Source: a virus. From it: a stretch of 64,000 bases of DNA. Positions 38,384-47,509 of the stretch are shown one piece after another. Below the pieces are notes generated by a model. It worked only from the letters and a program-made list of their open reading frames with translations. It did not search any database and was not told the origin of the DNA. The stretch lies in the IMG/VR virus record IMGVR_UViG_3300027690_000119, positions 1,622 to 65,621 of that record; one strand, written 5' to 3'. The translations under genes and the position numbers were made by a program. The number at the start of each line of letters is the position of its first letter. The stretch's first letter is position 1.

Positions 38384-38634
38384 ACCCCAGCCCCCGGACT
38401 CTCCGGGAATATGCGCTCCAAATTCCGCCGATACGCCCCGCTCACCCTTCCGGGAGACCAGTCCGTCTCCCGGCTCCTACATCCCGGATGACAGCGATGC
38501 GGATCCGGTTCGCCATTGTGCCCTTCATCCGGGTAGGTCACGGCCCCGCAGTCCTTGCACTTGAAGACCTGCTCGCCCTCGTCATAAGGACCGCCCTCGG
38601 TCATCTCCCAGTACCGCTCATATCTCCCGCTCAT
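38380..38634 (-). CDS. Small zinc-finger protein
   Basis: CKDCG...HRCHPGC. Confidence 0.6.
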   Translation of the reverse strand: MSGRYERYWEMTEGGPYDEGEQVFKCKDCGAVTYPDEGHNGEPDPHRCHPGCRSRETDWSPGRVSGAYRRNLERIFPESPGAGV

Positions 38635-38673
38635 CCCTTCTTCCCCTTGCTCCTTGCTCCCTGCTCCCTGCCC

Positions 38674-40113
38674 CTACCCCACCGCCCTTCTCCCGTAATT
38701 CCCGCCCCGATAGCTCCGCGCCAGTTTCATTTTCGCCATCTTCTCCTCCAGGCTTGCCTTCTTGCTCTTTCCCTTGACCTGCGTGTACGGAAAGAGCAAG
38801 GCCACGATAGAAGCAAGCGCGTCTCCCGGATGGCTGAACCGGTCCTTGACCGGTAAGGTTCCCACAATGTTTCCGGAATTGTCTGTTTTCCAGTGCCAGC
38901 CGCCGTTGAGGGCGCGATGTAACAAGTAGGCGGACTTTGAAATCAAGATACGGGGAGAGCCATCAGTGGCATCCGTGAGGAGCGAAGTCTTGGTCGGCTG
39001 GATCCGGGCCGACCATGACGTAGGCCCCGGCTCGAATCGGGTGTCCAGCATCCGTTCAATCCGGCGTGCGGCTGTCTCGGTCCGGGTGGACTGGTCCGGG
39101 GTGCGCATGCTGGGGTCGCCGACATCCCGCCAATCCTCAATCTTGTCTTTGTATTTGGGCGAATTGAGAAGGGGCCTCACCTTCTGCTCGATCAGCTCCT
39201 TGACTCCAATGTTTTCATCAAAACAGACGTCGTGGATCCAGAGCTTGCCGGGAGGAATAAACTGGCATACGAGACAACAGGGGTTGTGCCATCCGTCCCA
39301 CCCGCGGATTCCGATACCGCCCCGCACCACCGGCAATATCAGATCCCTGGAAAAGTGTTTGATCGGATTGTATTCGGGCGTGACCTTCTTCCCCCGCTGG
39401 ACCGGCGCGGCCCGTCCCTCGATATACCGGGCCTTTTTCCCCGGGTCCTTCGAAAACGCCGCAATGTGGGCCGCCCGGGCCTGGGGGTTTAGGTGCCGGT
39501 TCTCCCGGTAGGGAATGCGGTACACGGCCAGGTGGATCTCGAAACCGGTCACCGGATCTACGGCCAGCACCTCCGGCCCGCTGGCCATCTCCTCGGTCCA
39601 GTGGTCCTCGTCCGCCGGGTTCTGGGTGATCTGAAGCCGCATCAGGGTCCCCTGCTGCCTGGCGGCCCGGGCCAGGGCCATCTCAAACACCTCGTAAGGA
39701 AGCCCTGCATTGGCCTTTTCAATAATGGGCGCGGGTTCTTCCAGCCAGATGAGGGAATACTGAGGCCCCTGCAATTTGGAAAGAGACGCCTCGTCGTCAA
39801 TACCGAAGAGGTCCATCTCCACCCGGGGCGTGGAATGGATGATCATCACTTTGTTATCGTCATGGAAGGACACACGGGAACCCAACATCTCCTTGATATC
39901 GGGCACCGTGCTGATCTTGATGTTCTGGTGGGTATCTCGAATCAGGGCGCCTCGAATGGGACGGCCGCACCGCGCCGCATGCCGGATCCCGCCGATCACA
40001 CCGGCATAGGTCTTCCCCTCCCCCATGGGACCCATGAGCATGACCACCTCTGCGTCCGAATGCACAAAGGCGTCCTGGGTCGGGGAAAGTTCTACATACC
40101 AGGGATCACCCAT
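38674..40113 (-). CDS. terL: Terminase large subunit
   Basis: GPMGEGKT Walker A, LIWLEE Walker B, GWDG and SHPGDAL RNase H-like motifs. Confidence 0.9.
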   Translation of the reverse strand: MGDPWYVELSPTQDAFVHSDAEVVMLMGPMGEGKTYAGVIGGIRHAARCGRPIRGALIRDTHQNIKISTVPDIKEMLGSRVSFHDDNKVMIIHSTPRVEMDLFGIDDEASLSKLQGPQYSLIWLEEPAPIIEKANAGLPYEVFEMALARAARQQGTLMRLQITQNPADEDHWTEEMASGPEVLAVDPVTGFEIHLAVYRIPYRENRHLNPQARAAHIAAFSKDPGKKARYIEGRAAPVQRGKKVTPEYNPIKHFSRDLILPVVRGGIGIRGWDGWHNPCCLVCQFIPPGKLWIHDVCFDENIGVKELIEQKVRPLLNSPKYKDKIEDWRDVGDPSMRTPDQSTRTETAARRIERMLDTRFEPGPTSWSARIQPTKTSLLTDATDGSPRILISKSAYLLHRALNGGWHWKTDNSGNIVGTLPVKDRFSHPGDALASIVALLFPYTQVKGKSKKASLEEKMAKMKLARSYRGGNYGRRAVG

Positions 40114-40750
40114 CCTTGCCCCCTTTGATCAAAAAGGGTTTGTACTGCCCGTCTCCCTGGGCCGGGGCCTTGCCGCCGGTCCGATCTACAATGTAAATGG
40201 GGCTCTTTCCTTCATCGTCCAACAACCCGGCCTGCCGCAGCTTCAGGTCGATAATCTTGATGGCCGTGTTCATGGCCTTGTCGCGTTGGTTTTGCAGCCG
40301 GTCTTCACGGGCCATCAGCTCCAGGCAGTCCCGGATGATCCGCCTGACCAGCACCCGTTGCCCGTCCGCGTCCCGCTCTTCCAACAGCATATAGCGCCAC
40401 CGATCGATCCATCCGGCAATCTGCTCTGTGGCATCGGCCATCCGCTCTACCCGGTCCTTGCCCGCCTCCCTGGCCCACTCCAGGCATTGCGACTCCATCT
40501 CTTCGAGGGCTTTCAGGTCATCCGGGATCACCTTGTCCACATGATCCCGGATGACTCCAAAGGCCTTACTCTCAGCCTCTTCGCGCACCTTGCTGACGTA
40601 GCGGATAATGGCCGATTCGCTCACATCCAGATCCGGCCGGTCGGTCTTGACCCTTGCCGCGATCCGCCTGGCCGACAATCCTTCTGAGGCCAGCTCCTGG
40701 ATCCACGTATCCAGTCCCATCTGCTCTATCTTCGTCCGCTTATTCGCCAT
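40106..40750 (-). CDS. Terminase small subunit-like HTH protein
   Basis: Start MANKRTKI; GLSARRIAARV...SESAIIRY HTH; overlaps the terL start. Confidence 0.7.
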   Translation of the reverse strand: MANKRTKIEQMGLDTWIQELASEGLSARRIAARVKTDRPDLDVSESAIIRYVSKVREEAESKAFGVIRDHVDKVIPDDLKALEEMESQCLEWAREAGKDRVERMADATEQIAGWIDRWRYMLLEERDADGQRVLVRRIIRDCLELMAREDRLQNQRDKAMNTAIKIIDLKLRQAGLLDDEGKSPIYIVDRTGGKAPAQGDGQYKPFLIKGGKDG

Positions 40751-40813
40751 CTTCCCCCTCGATCCGACCGATCCGTCCAATACCCCTGATCCGACCGATC
40801 TCTTCTCCCCCAC

Positions 40814-40897
40814 AAAAAAAAGCGGCTGCATGGAGAGCATGGCCCCATACAGCCGCTTTAATATCGTTTGCCGCCCCGGTTGATCAGTCCGCTCGGC
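40814..40897 (-). promoter_or_regulatory. Late-operon leader motif, copy C (before terminase operon)
   Basis: GCCG..CGG/CCG..CGGC hairpin with ACUGAUCAA loop; GCGGCU-GUAUGG-GGCCAUGCUCU-CCAUGC-AGCCGC, U8. Confidence 0.7.
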
Positions 40898-41273
40898 TAT
40901 TCAGTTTTCAATTCCGCGTTCCGACTTCCCTGCCCCCTGCTCTTTGCTCCCTGCTCAAAATGTTTCAACAGGCGTCCCGGCTCCCGGGAAAGGAGGCATG
41001 CAAAATGAGAAAACGTGCGATGAGGTTAAAGTCCCGTCGGATGGGTTTCATCAACCCGGTCCCCGGACCGCCTGTTGTGATCCGATCATACCACACGTTT
41101 TTTAACCGCCCGCCCCAAACCGCCTCAAAAAAGCTCTCGACAAAAATTTTGCCATTTATAGCCAAACCTCAAAAATAAAAAATTCGAAAAAAAAGACTTG
41201 ACAAGGGTTTTTTCTCACACAGAGGACACGGAGTCACAGAGGGTTAAATCTTCAGGTTGGGAACCCTTCAGTT

Positions 41274-41621
41274 TCATTCAAGATACTCGACTGGTTTTCC
41301 TTCTTTTATTGCATATTCAATTTCTTTCCGGGTTGATTCTCCAACATATCCGCCAACATTAATCACCATCACCTTGTCTGATATGTCGATTTTCCTAAGA
41401 TGTAGCTCATCAAGCTCCTCTTTTATTCCTGCCTTTTCTCCGAAATGGTCATGCCCACCCCATCCCTGTGCTTCAGCATACCAAGCTGGTAGATAATTTA
41501 TCATCAACACTATTGCCCCTTGTTTTTCCAGCTCCCATCTCATTATTGCATGATGGTCCGCAAATCGCGTAGACCCACATAAGCATATTACTGGAGGTTT
41601 TCCGGTTACGTGTTCGTCCAT
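41274..41621 (-). CDS. DUF4406/nucleoside-deoxyribosyltransferase-fold protein, AT-rich cargo
   Basis: ICLCGSTRF...HLRKIDISDKVMVINVGGYVGESTRKEIEYA; flanked by inverted 9-mer arrays at 41214-41242 and 41637-41663. Confidence 0.75.
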   Translation of the reverse strand: MDEHVTGKPPVICLCGSTRFADHHAIMRWELEKQGAIVLMINYLPAWYAEAQGWGGHDHFGEKAGIKEELDELHLRKIDISDKVMVINVGGYVGESTRKEIEYAIKEGKPVEYLE

Positions 41622-41688
41622 TTTATTTCATCTCCTCTCTGTGTCTCCGTGCCGCTGTGTGAGACCATGCCCTTTCTTCAGCGTTTCC

Positions 41689-41994
41689 CTACCTCCCCTT
41701 ATTCATCTGCAAAATCAACACATCCAAAACCTCCCGGTCCGTCAACCCCTGGCCCTCGATCCAATACGACCGATCCTTGCCGAACTCCATGAAATACCCA
41801 CCCCGGCTGTCGGTCTGCCCCCAGGTCAACCCGCCGTTGGTAAAGTCCCACACCTGGATCTGGTTCCCCTGCCGCTGCACGTCCAGCATGCGGCTGGTCC
41901 CCTGGTTGTCCCACACCCGAACCGATTCGGCCCCGGCCGCACCCGCCAACCCCACCGCCATCGTCACGACCCATACCGCCATCCACCTTTTCAT
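41689..41994 (-). CDS. Secreted hypothetical protein
   Basis: Signal peptide MKRWMAVWVVTMAVGLAGAAGA; GAGG RBS. Confidence 0.65.
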   Translation of the reverse strand: MKRWMAVWVVTMAVGLAGAAGAESVRVWDNQGTSRMLDVQRQGNQIQVWDFTNGGLTWGQTDSRGGYFMEFGKDRSYWIEGQGLTDREVLDVLILQMNKGR

Positions 41995-42011
41995 AGCCCC
42001 TCTCCTTTCCC

Positions 42012-42200
42012 TCACCCCTCCGCGTTCTCTATGGATTTCCTCATCTCTTCCCCGATTTTCAGGCCCACCTCCATCCACACCCCGTGGATCTTCGCGCGAA
42101 GGCCCCCAGGGCAGCAGGCATCGGTTTCCAGCCTCCGCCTCGCCTCAGACGCAATGCTTTCAACAACACGATCTATATCGAATTCTTTAAATTTTGCCAC
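42012..42200 (-). CDS. Hypothetical protein
   Basis: 62 aa ORF in the early cluster. Confidence 0.5.
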   Translation of the reverse strand: MAKFKEFDIDRVVESIASEARRRLETDACCPGGLRAKIHGVWMEVGLKIGEEMRKSIENAEG

Positions 42201-42546
42201 CTATACACCGATCAATCTCACATGGACTGTCTGTGTCCGGGGTCCTCCCCCCGGATTCCGCTTGTCTCTTCCTCACCCTCTCGGTAAGCAGTTGAATGCT
42301 CTCCAGGTGGCTTGAACTGCACCCCAGGCCTTTACACTCGTCGTAATACCGTTCAAGCATGCCCGGCACCCCCAAATCGTCGGCAGAAAAGACGATCGCA
42401 TTGTACTCAGTGCGAATGCGTCCGTTGCATGGGTTTACAGCCAGAAGCCTGTATTTTCGATCAATCACTTCCTGTTCCAGCTTTCTCACCCGGTTCACTT
42501 CCGACATAACTTCCCTGTATATTCTTTCCCGAGTCTCTGATTCCAT
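42187..42546 (-). CDS. Hypothetical phage protein
   Basis: 119 aa; GGAG RBS. Confidence 0.65.
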   Translation of the reverse strand: MESETRERIYREVMSEVNRVRKLEQEVIDRKYRLLAVNPCNGRIRTEYNAIVFSADDLGVPGMLERYYDECKGLGCSSSHLESIQLLTERVRKRQAESGGRTPDTDSPCEIDRCIGGKI

Positions 42547-42627
42547 TGTCGGTTCTCCTTTAACCGATGTTTAAGTTTCACAAGTCCCCGCCTTACGATA
42601 AAGTATAACAAAATTCCCCATTCCTCT

Positions 42628-43131
42628 CTACAACCACAAGCCGGCATCGTTCGGGATGTCACTCCACGGCTCATCCCAGCCCTGTTGAATCCACCCGGGA
42701 ACTCCAAGCGGATACATTTTCTCGATATCGTTCTTCGTAAAACCCACAACACCGCCACTTTGAACCGAGGCCAAGTCCAAACCCGATCTAACACAGCAAC
42801 GGAGCATCGCGGCGAATTTTCCACCACACCAACAATCTTCTTTTCGGTTCCACCCGTGGTAATCGCGAAAGATCTCGTCTTCAAACCACTCGGAAAAAGA
42901 GAGCCCATCATAATTACCATCCCATTCTGTTAAGGCCTGCCAAGTGTGTCCCGACGCCCATCTTCGCATGGGGTAGCGCCCATCCCAAGTCAACGTGTCA
43001 AACATCCCCTTGATTTCTCGTATCAGTTTTGCCCGACGCCTGGGTGTAATAGCAAATGCGGTCGCCGCCATTCTTAGGGAAAAATCTCGCCATCGCCGAA
43101 ACTCGACTCTCCTCATTTTCCTGTCCTCCAT
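42628..43131 (-). CDS. Hypothetical phage protein
   Basis: 167 aa, Trp-rich; GGAGG RBS. Confidence 0.65.
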   Translation of the reverse strand: MEDRKMRRVEFRRWRDFSLRMAATAFAITPRRRAKLIREIKGMFDTLTWDGRYPMRRWASGHTWQALTEWDGNYDGLSFSEWFEDEIFRDYHGWNRKEDCWCGGKFAAMLRCCVRSGLDLASVQSGGVVGFTKNDIEKMYPLGVPGWIQQGWDEPWSDIPNDAGLWL

Positions 43132-43167
43132 AAAAACATGGCCAGATTCGCCGTACGCCGAGAGTTA

Positions 43168-43587
43168 TCAATCATCCCTCTCTATCCCGAGCCTGGCCCT
43201 CATATTGGACTCTGTGTCGGACATATAAGCAGATAGGATTTGCAGACAACCGTCATTCATCTCTATCCCCAACCTGGCTCTTATATTTCCCACCCTGTCC
43301 CGCGCATGAGAACCCAGGATCTCCAGACAACCATACAGACCGTCCATCAGCCTATGCTTTTTGTCAATTCCACATCCTTCCTCCGACCAATCGGCATCGT
43401 TCATCTGTCTATACAAATCCCCTATCGCCTCAATCCCGACCGAGATCTTATCAATCTGATCAAGATCAAACTCCACCCCGAACATCCGTCTCCCCAACAG
43501 ATCCATAACTGTCTTTGGCTTTTCCGTATCTGTCGAGCCATCCCCTCCAACGCCGGTCATTGGCTTTTTCTCTTTTTCCGATCTCAT
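43168..43587 (-). CDS. Hypothetical phage protein
   Basis: 139 aa; (I/M)RARLGIE repeated twice; coupled to the BRO stop. Confidence 0.6.
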   Translation of the reverse strand: MRSEKEKKPMTGVGGDGSTDTEKPKTVMDLLGRRMFGVEFDLDQIDKISVGIEAIGDLYRQMNDADWSEEGCGIDKKHRLMDGLYGCLEILGSHARDRVGNIRARLGIEMNDGCLQILSAYMSDTESNMRARLGIERDD

Positions 43588-44564
43588 ACCCTGCCTCCTT
43601 CCATGGCAGGCATCGCCACTGCCGGCACCACCACTCCGCGAACCGGCGATCCACTCAACCGCAATTGAACAGATCGCGCACCGGGTATCCGAAGAAGGGT
43701 GTCGCGTACCGGGACACGGCTCCAGTTATGATGAGCGTCCATCAACAGATGTTCTTCGATGGAAGCCGGGTGAAGAAAGACTCCGTTATTTGTCTTTTTG
43801 ACCCCGCAACGTTCCAGAATCGGCCCGAACTTGACGTACATGCCGGCGTCTGAGACAATCTCTCTCACGGTATAACAAATGTCGTTGCTATCGCCATTAT
43901 TGCCATCCACCGGGATGAGAGATTCCATAAGGTCCTTGAACATGGTCATCCCTTTCTTTTCGGCCAGGCCCTCGAAATCCCAGTTGGGCACATAGTCGCG
44001 AATGCGCGCCATAGCGAGGCAATCCACCCCGGTCTCCTCCCGGGTCAGACGGTTTGCGGCCACAATCTTCTGTCGGTGGTTCATAGACCCGATCCGGCGA
44101 TACACCCGGTATGAGGCGTCAAAAGCCCGGGCCACGCAGATCAGCTTGTCGGCCCCGCTCCTGAGACGGTCCATCGCCTCATCGCTGAGCGGCGCCACAT
44201 GTCCCGGCGCCCGCGCGTCATCATCTATGACCGGCGCCACATATCGCCCCGTCTTCCGGATAGCCGGCAACACCTCGTGGGTCACCCACCGGCGGAACGG
44301 TTTGGCCGCCTCCTTGTTCGAGCGGATGATGAGGGTGTAGAGTCCGGATTCGGAGACAACCAACATCTCTTGTGGACCACCAAGGGTATCGATTTTATCT
44401 ACCCCCTTTTCATCATCTTCTAAAACTTTGGCTACAGTATCATTGTGATTTTCTATCCCAAGAATCTGGCAAACATCCTTAGCCACAAACCAGAATTCAC
44501 CTTCCTCATCCTGGATCACTCTTACCTTTTTCGACTCATACTCGAACGGAATAACGTTTTTCAT
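43584..44564 (-). CDS. BRO-N family antirepressor
   Basis: WFVAKDVCQILG...VSESGLYTLIIRSNKEAAKPFRRWVTHEVLPAIRKTG. Confidence 0.9.
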   Translation of the reverse strand: MKNVIPFEYESKKVRVIQDEEGEFWFVAKDVCQILGIENHNDTVAKVLEDDEKGVDKIDTLGGPQEMLVVSESGLYTLIIRSNKEAAKPFRRWVTHEVLPAIRKTGRYVAPVIDDDARAPGHVAPLSDEAMDRLRSGADKLICVARAFDASYRVYRRIGSMNHRQKIVAANRLTREETGVDCLAMARIRDYVPNWDFEGLAEKKGMTMFKDLMESLIPVDGNNGDSNDICYTVREIVSDAGMYVKFGPILERCGVKKTNNGVFLHPASIEEHLLMDAHHNWSRVPVRDTLLRIPGARSVQLRLSGSPVRGVVVPAVAMPAMEGGRV

Positions 44565-44578
44565 AACATAGACCTCCT

Positions 44579-44863
44579 TTAATCCACTGAAATACCCGAG
44601 ATCAATTCGGACGTGTGGTCGATACGCTCCCTGAGATCGCAGAGCGTCACCTCAAAATCAGCCTGAAAACCTTCAAGCGCCCGTTCATGCCCGCCGATCA
44701 GGTACTTGGCCACGCCAAGCATCCCGGAGACCCTGCTCAGCTCCAGCAATGCGTCATCCAGGATATGGAAATTCGACGGTTTCCTTGTGTCATCCTGTTT
44801 AGTTTGTTTAATTTTTTTGGCTTCCCTGAGGACAAACGGAGAAATGCGTTTCGGGTCGGTCAT
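44579..44863 (-). CDS. icd-like small ORF between C4 RNA and antirepressor
   Basis: MTDPKRIS..., 94 aa; RBS AGGAGG overlaps the TCCAAGG antisense target. Confidence 0.6.
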   Translation of the reverse strand: MTDPKRISPFVLREAKKIKQTKQDDTRKPSNFHILDDALLELSRVSGMLGVAKYLIGGHERALEGFQADFEVTLCDLRERIDHTSELISGISVD

Positions 44864-44925
44864 AGCGAACCTCCTTGGATAAGGGTTGGAAGAGATCCGC
44901 CTTCTTTCGCTGTCAAACAAAAAAA

Positions 44926-44999
44926 GGCGGGTTGCACGCGGTTGACAGACCGGCTCCAAGGGGACCGGCGAGCCAGAAGGCTCCCGCGCACAACCCGCC
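44926..44999 (-). ncRNA. C4-like antisense RNA #2
   Basis: Stem GGCGGGUUGUGCGCGG/CCGCGUGCAACCCGCC. Internal CCUUGGA and CUGUCAA are complementary to TTTGACAG/TCCAAGG repeats upstream (45052-45076) and downstream (44873-44918). Confidence 0.8.
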
Positions 45000-45393
45000 A
45001 GAGGGTTCGTACGGACAAAAAAGCGCCGTACGAAATCGAGGCGCTTGCGCACCTTGGAATATGCCGGCTGTCAAACCGGGCCGCGGATTTTGCCGCAACG
45101 TTATTACGCTGGCACATCCCCAAGGGCTTGTCAAGGAAAAAAAATGACTCTGAATCGGAAAACCCGTATCTTGTTCGACGGAGGTTCATCATAGAGCTAC
45201 GCTCACTTTCTTCAAAGTTTCAAAGTCTGACTAAACACAAGTTCATCCAAAGCGGAACAAACAAGCGGGGGCTTAAACTCAACAGATAACATCCTATTCA
45301 CCCCACTATCCCAAACCTCATCTGCCCACTCAATTTTAGTTGCCATAATCCCTCGCTTTATTTCATTTTTTCCCCGCGCTCTGCGTTAAAATG

Positions 45394-45846
45394 TCAAACG
45401 TCAGTTGGGGCATCAATCTTTTCCGCTTCGTTGCGAAGCCAAACTGCTAAATCTTCTAAAATCTTAACCCACTCCATCGCTGTTTCGCTTTCCCCTTCAA
45501 ATTCTCCGAAAGTCCTCTTGATGCATGCTACGATATCTATGTGAATTCCAAATTCGGGATCGTCCTCGTATTCAAGACATTCAACGTCTATAACTCCAGG
45601 AGCAGAATAACTGGCCCATGGAATGGCGTTTTTTACAAAATATTGCCAAGACTCAGACGCAACGTCGTTTGCTATGTCCGGGAAAACGGTGCAAAAAAAG
45701 CCCATTAAAAGCTCAAGGGTATCATTCACAAGTTCTTTTACGCGAGGCTTTAATAATCCAGTAATTTCAACATACCTACCTTGCGATAACTCCGGCCTCC
45801 AGACATGTCGCTTTTCCATTTTGCCCCCTATTTTTTTAATTAACAT
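45394..45846 (-). CDS. AT-rich hypothetical cargo gene preceded by a 9-mer array
   Basis: 150 aa; repeat at 45853-45887 immediately upstream. Confidence 0.65.
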   Translation of the reverse strand: MLIKKIGGKMEKRHVWRPELSQGRYVEITGLLKPRVKELVNDTLELLMGFFCTVFPDIANDVASESWQYFVKNAIPWASYSAPGVIDVECLEYEDDPEFGIHIDIVACIKRTFGEFEGESETAMEWVKILEDLAVWLRNEAEKIDAPTDV

Positions 45847-45888
45847 TTTCTCCTCTGTGCCTCTGTGCCTCTATGCCTCCGTGTGAGG

Positions 45889-47493
45889 TCATGCCCTTTC
45901 TTCCACATTCCCCGTTCCGATTTCCGCGTTCATCACCACTCCCATATCCCGGTAGACGCGCATCCGGCCCCGATAACTCCCCTGCAACACCACCGGCCTG
46001 TCCCGGTAATCATAGACCCGTGGCACATGGTCTCCGAGCTTACTCCGCAACAACCGGCCCACGGCCTGGGCCAATATGGCCGGGTTGCGGAGGGGAGATG
46101 CCACAAACAGACAGGAGATCTTTTTTACATCCAGTACCCCGAAGCTCTTGCCGGTCACACAGATGACCTGGACTTTCCCCTTATCGAACGCCTGGAGGAT
46201 GCCCGACAGATCCCCTTCGGACGTCTGCCCCGACACCATTGCGCATTCGCGATGGTTCGCCTCAAACGCCTTGCGCAGTGCTTCCAGGTGGATCAACCGC
46301 TCCACAATCACCACGGCCCTGGCCTCGCGCGAGGCCGCTGTTTCGGCCAGCACATCCAGGAGTATTTGCCGGTTTCGATCCGGATCCACAGACAGGGCCG
46401 CCACCATGGCCTTCCAATCCTCCCGGTAATCCCAGTCAAACTCGGTATCCTTCCCCACAAATACCGGCCTCACCACCGTCGATTCCCTGAAAACACGCTC
46501 CGTATCAATCTGGTGAAGGCGGGGACCGATATAGGCGTACATCAACTGGGTGAGTTTATCATCGCGTTTCCCGGACGCGGCCAGGCCCAGCATATACGCA
46601 GAAGGGATGTGCCGCACAAACTTGAAAAACGTGTTGAGGTTGCACTGATCGCACCCGTCCACAATCAAAAAACCTATTGATTCCGCTATGTCATCCAACA
46701 TGCGATAGAGAGATCGATGGATTGCCACGGTAAAGAGCCGACCCCGTTCCTGCCTGCCGTCGCCTATCAATCCCAGGGTATTGTCTGAAAGCCCCAGGAA
46801 TTGCCCGGCCAGCTCCAACCACTGATACGCCATGGATTTCGTCTGCACGATCACCAGGACCGGCACCTGCCGCTCCGCCGCAAGGTAGAGTGAAATCACC
46901 TTTTTCCCCGCCCCTGTTGTTCCCACAATAGTTCCAAATCTGCGAGCACGGATAGCCTCGACAGCCTCCATCTCATAGGCATAAAGCCGCCCATAAAAAC
47001 GAAACGGGGCTTCTCCGGCGCGAAGGGTACAATCATCATACTGACCCAGCACGCGATGGGCCTGGAGGATGCGCAGAAACTCGCTGGCAAAGCCACGGGT
47101 CATATACAGGTACCCGTCCCCCTCCCAGTAGCAGGTCAGTTCCCTCGTGATCTCGGGCGTCAAGGTCCCGGCCCTGTGGGACCTTACCCATATGGGATTT
47201 CGGAAGGTGAGGCGTTGGGCCACCCGATCCACCACACCTTCGGGCAGATCGGCCAGGGCCACGCGCAGCTCCCGCTCCACGCGGATCCGGACGGGCCGGG
47301 ACGGATCGGCGGGGTGTTCAACTGGGGCGCGTTCCGCGCTCCGCCTTCCGCGTTCCACGTTCCCCACTCCCTGCTCCGTCGGGGTATCGTCACACGAAGG
47401 CGTCACAGGTCCTGGCGGTTTAGGGCCTGGCGCTCCGGAGCTGATGTCATTATCCAACCCACTGTATTTATTTAACATGTCCTCAAATTCCAT
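45889..47493 (-). CDS. SF2 (ResIII/XPB-like) helicase with degenerate motifs
   Basis: GTTGAGKK, LIVDGCD, GLAAS and QAVGRLLR; start uncertain (ORF open to 47541). Confidence 0.8.
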   Translation of the reverse strand: MEFEDMLNKYSGLDNDISSGAPGPKPPGPVTPSCDDTPTEQGVGNVERGRRSAERAPVEHPADPSRPVRIRVERELRVALADLPEGVVDRVAQRLTFRNPIWVRSHRAGTLTPEITRELTCYWEGDGYLYMTRGFASEFLRILQAHRVLGQYDDCTLRAGEAPFRFYGRLYAYEMEAVEAIRARRFGTIVGTTGAGKKVISLYLAAERQVPVLVIVQTKSMAYQWLELAGQFLGLSDNTLGLIGDGRQERGRLFTVAIHRSLYRMLDDIAESIGFLIVDGCDQCNLNTFFKFVRHIPSAYMLGLAASGKRDDKLTQLMYAYIGPRLHQIDTERVFRESTVVRPVFVGKDTEFDWDYREDWKAMVAALSVDPDRNRQILLDVLAETAASREARAVVIVERLIHLEALRKAFEANHRECAMVSGQTSEGDLSGILQAFDKGKVQVICVTGKSFGVLDVKKISCLFVASPLRNPAILAQAVGRLLRSKLGDHVPRVYDYRDRPVVLQGSYRGRMRVYRDMGVVMNAEIGTGNVEERA

Positions 47494-47509
47494 AGCGACC
47501 CAGGACCGG

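Noticed and set aside
45095-45134. Promoter for C4 RNA #2 from TTGACA at 45134-45129
   Set aside because: No acceptable -10 at 16-18 bp spacing.
44860-45192. 110-aa ash-like ORF
   Set aside because: It overlies the C4 RNA and its targets; the conserved feature is better explained as RNA structure.
9614-47375. CRISPR interpretation of the repeat arrays
   Set aside because: Units are 7-9 nt tandem repeats with no unique spacers, and no cas genes are present.
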